Shown piece after piece: positions 57,050 to 64,000 of a DNA stretch of 64,000 bases (positions are counted from its first letter, which is position 1; every line of letters begins with the position of its first letter). The stretch is from Candidatus Latescibacterota bacterium (lineage in GTDB: Bacteria > Latescibacterota > UBA2968 > UBA8231). A program made the translations under genes and the position numbers. Where the stretch lies: the NCBI GenBank assembly GCA_965243025.1, contig CBDETY010000003.1, positions 160,001 through 224,000 on the forward strand. Direction: 5' to 3'. The notes under the pieces were generated by a model, which saw nothing but the letters and a program-made list of their open reading frames with translations, searched no databases and had not been told where the DNA came from.

Positions 57050-58825
57050 ATGGACCCGGTGACTCACGGAGAGTGGATGACCAAGTTCCGCGTCCTGGTC
57101 ATCGCGGTCGCCATCCTGTTCACAGTTCTCCTCCTTCGGCTTTTCCATCTGCAGGTCAGGACCTTCGCCGACTACGCCAAGGAGTCGGAGGACAACCGCA
57201 TCAACCAGAAGCGGGTCAAGGCCCCCCGGGGCCGCATTCTCGATCGGCAGGGACGCGTCCTTGCCCGCAATCGGGCCTCCTACACGGTCTCGTTGATCTC
57301 CTCGTCGTCGCAGCGCAACGCCGAAACCATTGCCGCACTCGAAAGCGTGCTCGGTGAAAGAATCCCGTTGCCTGCATCCGAGGAGCAGTTCAAGCGACTG
57401 AAGCGGGACGTCGATTTCGAGACCGTGTGCATCGTCGAGGAACGCCTCATGGACAACTGGCCACTGGCGATCGCGATCGAGCCGCAGCGACAGTATCCGC
57501 AGGGCCAGGCTGCCTCCCATCTGCTTGGGTACATGGGGCAACTGCCCCCGAACGCCACCGGGAAGTTGCCGTCGGGCCGTTACGTCTCGGGGGATTACGT
57601 CGGAAGGAGCGGGGTGGAAAAGGCCTTCGAGGACACCCTGCGCGGCTGGGACGGGGTCCGCTACGTGGAAGTGGATGCCAAGCTCCGCATCATCGATGAA
57701 TTCCCCTTTCCCGACAGGGAACGGCCTCCTGCGGGGGGTCGCGACCTGGTACTCACCCTGGACCTCGACATTCAACACGCAGCCGAAGCCGCCTTTCCGG
57801 ACAGCCTGGCGGGCAGTATCGTGGTCCTCGACCCCCGCAACGGGGCGGTGTTGGCGATGGCCAGCCGGCCGACTTTCGATCCCAACGTTTTCGTGTCGTT
57901 CAAGTTCCAGCAGGATCGGCTGCGTCTGATGTCCAGCGACAACGATCTGCTGAATCGCTCCCTCCACGGGCAGTATCCACCCGGTTCGACTCTCAAGATG
58001 GTCGCCTCGGTAGCCGCTCTTGAAGCGGGAATAACCGACACAATGAGCACTTTTCCCCCCTGCCGGGGTACCTTGCGGGTGGGGGACACGGACTTCCGCT
58101 GTTTCAACCGCAGGGGCCACGGGGCCCTCAACCTGCTGGAAGCGACAGCGACCTCCTGCAACATCTACTTCTATCACCTCGTACAGCGACTCGGCATGAA
58201 AGCGTGGTACGCAACCGCCTCCCGGTTGGGGTTCGGCGCTGCGACCGGATTTCACGGGCAGTTCATGGAGAGAACGGGCCTGCTGCCCTCTCGCGGCTAC
58301 TATGTCGAAAACGAGGGGTGGTGGGCTACCGGGCACCTGCTGAACCTCGTAATCGGACAGGGCGCCTTTCTGGCGACACCGCTGCAGATGGCCCGGTACG
58401 TCGCGGCCCTTGCAAACGGCGGTTACCTCGTCACCCCCCATGTTCACGGTCCGGCCCCGCAGCCGAGGAGAATCGAGGGGATTTCCAGTAGCACGCTGAA
58501 CATCGTCAAGGAGTCCATGCGCCGCGTCGTGTTCAGCCCCGGGGGAACCGGGAGGAGCCTGCGCCTTGACGGCCTCACAGTTGCCGGAAAAAGCGGAACC
58601 GCCCAGGCCGGCAGGGGGGACGACGCCTGGTTCATCGCCTTCGCCCCTTTCGACAAGCCCGAAATTGCCGTGGCCGTGGTCGTCGAAGGAGGCGGAGGGG
58701 GAGGAGCCGTGGCCGCCCCGGTGGCGCGCGCGGTTTTCGAGGCATGCTTCCAGGACAGAATCGCGGCGGCCGCCCAGCGGTCGGCCCCGGTGGCAGGCGG
58801 GAGCGGAAGGAGCCCGGGAACGTGA
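57050..58825 (+). CDS. mrdA: Penicillin-binding protein 2
   Basis: APRGRILDR, RQYP, PGSTLK (SxxK), SCN, KSGTAQ. Confidence 0.92.
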   Translation: MDPVTHGEWMTKFRVLVIAVAILFTVLLLRLFHLQVRTFADYAKESEDNRINQKRVKAPRGRILDRQGRVLARNRASYTVSLISSSSQRNAETIAALESVLGERIPLPASEEQFKRLKRDVDFETVCIVEERLMDNWPLAIAIEPQRQYPQGQAASHLLGYMGQLPPNATGKLPSGRYVSGDYVGRSGVEKAFEDTLRGWDGVRYVEVDAKLRIIDEFPFPDRERPPAGGRDLVLTLDLDIQHAAEAAFPDSLAGSIVVLDPRNGAVLAMASRPTFDPNVFVSFKFQQDRLRLMSSDNDLLNRSLHGQYPPGSTLKMVASVAALEAGITDTMSTFPPCRGTLRVGDTDFRCFNRRGHGALNLLEATATSCNIYFYHLVQRLGMKAWYATASRLGFGAATGFHGQFMERTGLLPSRGYYVENEGWWATGHLLNLVIGQGAFLATPLQMARYVAALANGGYLVTPHVHGPAPQPRRIEGISSSTLNIVKESMRRVVFSPGGTGRSLRLDGLTVAGKSGTAQAGRGDDAWFIAFAPFDKPEIAVAVVVEGGGGGGAVAAPVARAVFEACFQDRIAAAAQRSAPVAGGSGRSPGT

Positions 58826-60036
58826 AGGCGGCTCGCGATTTCGACCTGCTCCTGATTGCGCCTGTCGCGGCGATGGTCGTCTTGGGGGTATTCATGATCC
58901 ACAGCGCCGCCAGCGGCTCGGACGTCTGGATGGATCAGGCGCTGTTCGCCTTCTGCTCGATGCTGGCTGCCGCCCTTATCGTCTACGTGCCGGAGCGCCT
59001 CGTCTACGGGTTGGCGTACCCGGCATACGGTTGTTCGCTCCTTCTGCTGGCCGCAGTCCTTGTCTGGGGCGCGGGTGAACCTGCGCGCTGGCTTGCCATC
59101 GGTCCGTTTCGCCTGCAGCCGAGCGAGTTGGTAAAAGTGACCACCGTGCTCGCCCTTGCCCGCTGCCTGGGGGACACCAACGCCGAGCAGATCAACGGCG
59201 CCAAGCCGTTCGTGATGGTCATGGCGCTTATCCTCGCCCCGATGGGCCTGGTCGCCAAGCAGCCGGACCTGGGTACCGCCGTCGCCATGGGCGGGTCGTT
59301 GTTCTCGATGATCTACTGGGCGGGGATGAGGCCCTCGCACATGATCATCATCATCGCTCCCGTGCTCAGCGTGATCTTCTCGTTCGAGCCGTTGTGGGGG
59401 CCGGACAACGCCGTCATCCTGTACGCCTTCTTCATCATCGCCAGCTCGATCGGCATCCACCTGGTGGTGGCGCGGCTGTGGGCGACCCTGGCCCTGCTGG
59501 CGGTCAACCTGACCGCCGGGTTGTACCTGTGGTCGGAGGTCATTCGCGATTACCAGAAAACCCGCATCCTGACGATGCTCGATCCGGAGAGCGACCCGCA
59601 CGGCGCCGGCTGGAACATCATCCAGTCCAAAATCGCCATCGGGTCGGGGGGCCTGACCGGCAAGGGATTCCTCGAAGGAACGCAGGCGAAGTACGAGTTC
59701 CTTCCCGCGGCCCACACCGACTTCATCTTCTCCGTCATCGGCGAGGAGCTCGGTTTCGGCGGCGTTCTCCTGGTGTTGACGCTGTTTCTCGTCGCAATCT
59801 GCCGCTCACTCTACATCGGCACGATGGCGAGCAACCGGTATTTCAGCCTGATGGCGATCGGCCTGGCGTCGATGTTCACATTCCACGTTTTCGTCAACGT
59901 CGGCATGACCATCGGGGTGATGCCGGTGACCGGACTGCCGCTTCCGTTCCTGAGTTACGGTGGCTCTTCGCTGCTGGCGAACTGGATTGCCATCGGCCTG
60001 CTGCTCAACGTCTACACCCACCGGAACGAGTACTGA
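58822..60036 (+). CDS. rodA: SEDS peptidoglycan polymerase RodA
   Basis: LQPSE, QPDLGTA, QSKIAIGSGG, HTDFIFS..GEE.GF, PVTGLPLPFLSYGGSS. Confidence 0.94.
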   Translation: MKAARDFDLLLIAPVAAMVVLGVFMIHSAASGSDVWMDQALFAFCSMLAAALIVYVPERLVYGLAYPAYGCSLLLLAAVLVWGAGEPARWLAIGPFRLQPSELVKVTTVLALARCLGDTNAEQINGAKPFVMVMALILAPMGLVAKQPDLGTAVAMGGSLFSMIYWAGMRPSHMIIIIAPVLSVIFSFEPLWGPDNAVILYAFFIIASSIGIHLVVARLWATLALLAVNLTAGLYLWSEVIRDYQKTRILTMLDPESDPHGAGWNIIQSKIAIGSGGLTGKGFLEGTQAKYEFLPAAHTDFIFSVIGEELGFGGVLLVLTLFLVAICRSLYIGTMASNRYFSLMAIGLASMFTFHVFVNVGMTIGVMPVTGLPLPFLSYGGSSLLANWIAIGLLLNVYTHRNEY

Positions 60037-60039
60037 ACC

Positions 60040-61125
60040 GTGCTGCGCGCCGCGCCCCTGGTGTTTTCCCTGACCGGTGTTTTCGTCATCGAGAACCACT
60101 GCGGCGGCACCGCCGTCGACCACGAATTTCTCGCCCGTCGCTTTCTCGAGCAGGGTTACTACGAGCGCGCCTTGCTGGAGGCGGAGAGAGCGCGGCGGGA
60201 GGATGGCGAAGCCACCGTGCCGCGGCTGCTGGCCTCTCTGGCCCATCTCGGGCTCGAGGATGTAGAAAGCGCCGTGGAGCAGCTGCAGGGCGCCATCCTG
60301 ATCGAGCCGGACAACCCCCGCCTGTTCGCGACCTTGCGGGAGATCTGCCTCCAGGAGGACCGGCTCGACCTGGCGCGTGACGCCCTGAAAGAGCTGCGCG
60401 CAGAGTACCCCGACAACTGGCACGTCCGCGCCGGGCTGGGGTGGGCCCATCGGGGGCTGGATGAAGAGGGGGCCGCCCTGGAGCTCCTCGAAGAGGCGAT
60501 CGCCCCTTCAGACAGCATCGACAGCGGCGCCCGGGACTTCGCCCTGGTCCAGCTCGGCAGGATTTACCTGCGGCAGGAACGCTTCGAGGACTGCGCCGCG
60601 GTGCTGCGGAAGGCGCTGCCGGGCGGGGACGAGGAGTACACTCTGCTGCTGCTGGGGGAATGCCGCCTCAGGCAAGGCCTCGAAGAGGATGCCGGGCTCC
60701 GGTTCGAGGAGGCCCTGGCGGCTTCGGAGGCACCGGCGGCGACCGCCTCCCACATCGCCATGATCTACTATGGGATCGGGGCGCGGCAACGGGCAATCGA
60801 GTACTACGAGCGTTCCCTTCGAGGGGAGGAGACGCCGCTGACCCTCAACAATCTCGCCTGGCTCTACGCCGAGGAAGGGGTAGAGCTGGAACGGGCTCTC
60901 GACCTGTCGCTGCGCGCCGTCAAGAGCGACCCGGACAACGTCGTCTACCTCGATACTTACGCCGAACTGCTGTTCCTGCTCGGACAGCGTCCGCGCGCCA
61001 CCGCCCTGATGGAGCTCGCCCTGAAGATCGAGCCCCCCGGGGGCGAGCAGTACGATTACCTGTTGGGCCAGCTGGAGAAGTTCCGCGGGGTTGCCGCGGT
61101 TTCGGTGTTGCCCGAAGTCCCCTAG
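60040..61125 (+). CDS. Tetratricopeptide repeat protein
   Basis: Multiple TPR helices; LNNLAWLYA...YLDTYA. Confidence 0.8.
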   Translation: MLRAAPLVFSLTGVFVIENHCGGTAVDHEFLARRFLEQGYYERALLEAERARREDGEATVPRLLASLAHLGLEDVESAVEQLQGAILIEPDNPRLFATLREICLQEDRLDLARDALKELRAEYPDNWHVRAGLGWAHRGLDEEGAALELLEEAIAPSDSIDSGARDFALVQLGRIYLRQERFEDCAAVLRKALPGGDEEYTLLLLGECRLRQGLEEDAGLRFEEALAASEAPAATASHIAMIYYGIGARQRAIEYYERSLRGEETPLTLNNLAWLYAEEGVELERALDLSLRAVKSDPDNVVYLDTYAELLFLLGQRPRATALMELALKIEPPGGEQYDYLLGQLEKFRGVAAVSVLPEVP

Positions 61126-61289
61126 TGTCCCGTCGCAGAGATAGATTGACAAAATTGGGACGCCGAGGCGCCCGGCTCACAAGGCGCCTGAGCGAGTCGT
61201 ACCGAGGGTGTACGGCGAGCGAAGGCAACGCCGTGAGCCGGGATGGATCGGTGTCCCAATGTCGAGATATTTCTGCGACGGGGCACTAG
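61122..61289. mobile_element. 168-bp MITE-like palindromic element, copy 2 (inverted relative to copy 1)
   Basis: Reverse complement of 51157-51324 except at 61161 and 61252; lies between convergent genes. Confidence 0.85.
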
Positions 61290-61294
61290 CCCGG

Positions 61295-62329
61295 CTAGCG
61301 GTATCGCCTGTAATCTATGCGCAGCTGGTTGAGACGCATGTACAGGTGCTTGCGCGAAATGCCGATCGCTTCGGCCACGTGGGTGATCACCCCGTTGTGA
61401 CGGCGCAGGGCACCGCAAAGGAAGCGGCGCTCGAACTGTTTGCGGGCTTCCCAGTAGCTGGTGGCGCCCATCTCGGCCAACTCCTCCTGCTCTTTCCAGG
61501 TGGCGATCTCGGCGGGAATGTCCTCGCAGGTCAGCTCCTCACCGCGCGCGAGAATCACCATGCGCTCAAGGATGTTTTCGAGCTGCCGGATGTTCCCCGG
61601 CCAGGGGTACTGCCGCAGGAACTCGACGGCATCCGGCAGGATGCGCCAGGTTCGGCCCTTCCGGCGGCCCGAACGGGTGAGGAAATGCTCGATCAGCAGG
61701 GGAATGTCCTCGCTCCGATCCCGCAGCGGTGGAAGCTCAATCGGCAAGACGTTGAGGCGGTAGAAGAGATCCTCTCGGAAATCCCCGCGCTTGACCGCTG
61801 CTGCCAGGTCAACGTTGGTCGCGGCGACGACGCGCACGTCGGTGCGCAGGGTGCGCGTGCCGCCGATGCGTTCGAACTCCCGTTCCTGGAGAACGCGCAG
61901 CAGCCGTTGTTGCACCTTTCCGTGGGCGGCCCCGACCTCGTCGAGCAGGATTGTTCCCCGGTGGGCGAGTTCGAAGCGCCCGGGCCGCTGGCGCACCGCC
62001 CCGGTGAAAGCCCCCTTTTCGTGGCCGAAGAGCTCGCTTTCCAGGACTCCCTCGGGAAGGGATGCGCAGTTCACCCGCACGAAGGGCCCCTCGGAACGCG
62101 GGCTGCGACGGTGAATCGCCCGCGCCAGAACCTCCTTTCCGGTCCCCGATTCACCCTGGACCAGGACTGTCGCCTCGGTGCGGGCCATGCGCCCGAGCTC
62201 CTCCAGAATCCGCTGCATGAGGCCGTTGCGCGTCACCATCAAGTCCGGGTCCCCCGGGCCCGAAGGCGCGGTGGAGGGTGGATTGCGAACGGTTACCGCC
62301 TGCCCGGTTTCGATCTCGAAGTACGACAT
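61295..62329 (-). CDS. Sigma-54 enhancer-binding protein (AAA+ + Fis HTH) with no N-terminal input domain
   Basis: RBS then ATG 62329; [40 protein letters not shown]. Confidence 0.9.
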   Translation of the reverse strand: MSYFEIETGQAVTVRNPPSTAPSGPGDPDLMVTRNGLMQRILEELGRMARTEATVLVQGESGTGKEVLARAIHRRSPRSEGPFVRVNCASLPEGVLESELFGHEKGAFTGAVRQRPGRFELAHRGTILLDEVGAAHGKVQQRLLRVLQEREFERIGGTRTLRTDVRVVAATNVDLAAAVKRGDFREDLFYRLNVLPIELPPLRDRSEDIPLLIEHFLTRSGRRKGRTWRILPDAVEFLRQYPWPGNIRQLENILERMVILARGEELTCEDIPAEIATWKEQEELAEMGATSYWEARKQFERRFLCGALRRHNGVITHVAEAIGISRKHLYMRLNQLRIDYRRYR

Positions 62330-62426
62330 GTCCCCGCCTTTCTCGCAGAGTGTGACCCTGACACCGGCGCGCCGCAGCCGGCCGTGGGCGAAGGGAAGAC
62401 CGCCCTGCGCTCGGTTGCGTGCACGG

Positions 62427-62442
62427 TGCAAGATGCGTGCCG
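62427..62442 (-). promoter_or_regulatory. Sigma-54 (-24/-12) promoter of the 61295-62329 gene
   Basis: Minus strand CGGCACGCATCTTGCA (GG-N10-GC), about 100 nt upstream of the ATG. Confidence 0.72.
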
Positions 62443-62638
62443 GGCTCTGTTTTTCCCCTCGATCCGGTTTCCTCCCCCTTCCTGCGAGTACTTCCGCCGT
62501 GTCATCCGTCAGACTTTGAGCGGCCGACCGCGGAGGGCGTTGCCGCCTGTCGGAAATCCGGTACCGGGAGGCATGAGTCGAACATTTCGCATCGGCCCCG
62601 AGATGCATTTCACGACAACGGGAACTCGTCAAAACGGG

Positions 62639-63610
62639 ATGACTGCGGTGATTGAAAAGGTGACTGAAAGACACGCCAAGGCAGGAGAGCTGATCGGCAA
62701 ATCCAACGGGCTGGCCGGAGTTCTGGCAGACGTCCGGCGCCTTCTCGGGCTGCCGATAAACGTGCTGATCGAAGGAGAGAGCGGCACCGGAAAGGAGCTG
62801 CTTGCGCGTTCGCTCCACTTCGACGACCCGGGGCGAAAGAAGGGGCGGTTCGTCCCGGTCAATTGCGCCGCCTTGCCTGAACAGTTGCTGGAAGCGGAGC
62901 TGTTCGGCCATCGCAAGGGGCTGTTCACCGGTGCGGACCGCGACCGCGACGGGCTCATCCGGCGCGCCGACCGCGGCACCCTCTTCCTCGACGAGATCTC
63001 GGAGCTGCCGCTTTTTCTCCAGCCCAAGCTGCTCCGCGTTCTCCAGGAACGGGCGGTGCGACCCCTCGGACACAGCGCCGAACTGCCTGTCGACATTCGC
63101 GTGATCTGCGCCACCAACCGCCATCTCCGGAAATCGATGGAAAAGGGGCAGTTTCGCGCCGACCTCTTCTACCGGCTCGCCGAATTCGAGCTCTGCGTTC
63201 CTCCACTTCGCGAGCGGCGCAGCGACATCCTGCCGCTGTCGCACCACTTCCTCGCCCAGTTTTCCGGCCAGTTCGGCAAGGACGGCCTGCTTTCGCTATC
63301 CAGCGAAGCGGCGGCCTGGCTGCAGAGCCGCGACTGGGCTGAGAACAACGTTCGCGAACTGTCGGTGGCCTTGAAACGCGCCGTCCTGCGCTGCGACGGT
63401 CCGGTGCTGCAGCTCCGGCACCTGCTGGCCGACCAGCCCCGGGTTTCGGTCCTCCCCCTGGGATCGCAGCTGCAGATCATGGAGCGCGACCACCTCGAGG
63501 CGGCCCTGCAAAAAAGCGCCGGCAACATCTCCGCGGCGGCTCGATTACTGGGGATGAAGCGCTCTACCCTGTTCGACCGTCTGCGCAAGCTGGGGATAGA
63601 AAAACCGTGA
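62639..63610 (+). CDS. Sigma-54 enhancer-binding protein (AAA+ + Fis HTH) with no input domain; GLFTGA variant
   Basis: [48 protein letters not shown]. Confidence 0.88.
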   Translation: MTAVIEKVTERHAKAGELIGKSNGLAGVLADVRRLLGLPINVLIEGESGTGKELLARSLHFDDPGRKKGRFVPVNCAALPEQLLEAELFGHRKGLFTGADRDRDGLIRRADRGTLFLDEISELPLFLQPKLLRVLQERAVRPLGHSAELPVDIRVICATNRHLRKSMEKGQFRADLFYRLAEFELCVPPLRERRSDILPLSHHFLAQFSGQFGKDGLLSLSSEAAAWLQSRDWAENNVRELSVALKRAVLRCDGPVLQLRHLLADQPRVSVLPLGSQLQIMERDHLEAALQKSAGNISAAARLLGMKRSTLFDRLRKLGIEKP

Positions 63611-64000
63611 GTCCTGGCGAGTGCCGGGTCTGGCTTGGGGCGGCCGAGCGCCGAATCGACGACCCGTCGCTGGGCAAGTTGCCCGCGGTGCGGCTGATCC
63701 ACATGGAGGGAAATGGCCTGCGCTGTGACCGGCTGGGCCCGGTCTGCTGGTTCTACTGGTACCGCGGGACCTCGCCGACCGAACACCAGATTCAGTGCTT
63801 CGGCGAGATCTGTCGCTTTGCCGGCTGCGATCACTGGATTGCAAGGGAGATGTCGGACAGGGGTTCCGACCCCAACCGGCGCCGGACCTGGAACTCGGCG
63901 AAGGCGCCCCCATCCTGGAGGACGGAGGAACACGGCCTGGCCTACCAGTTGCGCTCCGACCGGGGTCGGTCGCCCGGGCTTTTTCTCGACCAGCGTCGCA
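63607..64000 (+). CDS. RlmI/RlmK-like class I SAM-dependent methyltransferase; 3' end runs off the window
   Basis: GTG overlaps the previous stop; translates to ...RLIHMEG...CDRLG...EEHGLAY...SPGLFLDQRR, with the GLFLDQR family motif. Confidence 0.75.
   Translation, partial: MSPGECRVWLGAAERRIDDPSLGKLPAVRLIHMEGNGLRCDRLGPVCWFYWYRGTSPTEHQIQCFGEICRFAGCDHWIAREMSDRGSDPNRRRTWNSAKAPPSWRTEEHGLAYQLRSDRGRSPGLFLDQRR

Overview
GC-rich bacterial chromosome segment. The futalosine menaquinone pathway and secreted proteins with 'QAYPNPFNP' FlgD/T9SS-like C-termini suggest an FCB-related lineage such as Latescibacterota or Gemmatimonadota; this is inference. Most content is housekeeping: menG plus mqnE-mqnC-mqnA-ubiA-ubiX, a nucleotide-sugar operon, tRNA-Met, pfkA-pgk-tpiA-secG-tRNA-Leu, and rsfS-mtnA-SPOR-mltD-mreD-mrdA-rodA. 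Four things stand out. (1) A sigma-54 layer: three exact -24/-12 promoters and three enhancer-binding proteins (bEBPs). One promoter drives an unannotated ~105-nt RNA (17896-18000, minus) with three CU-rich anti-Shine-Dalgarno loops and a terminator. Another sits between two divergent bEBPs that lack input domains. (2) At the left end, a secreted 8-Cys mini-protein gene lies in an AT-rich patch, flanked by three paralogous secreted FG-GAP proteins; the two tandem copies differ mainly by clustered amino-acid changes. (3) Two near-identical 168-bp CTAG-bounded MITE-like elements sit on stop codons. (4) Smaller oddities: a xylonate-dehydratase-family gene inside the mqn operon, a DksA with an extra CxxC, and an Ig-repeat protein with a putative C-terminal beta-barrel. 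All calls come from reading the sequence by eye; no searches were run.
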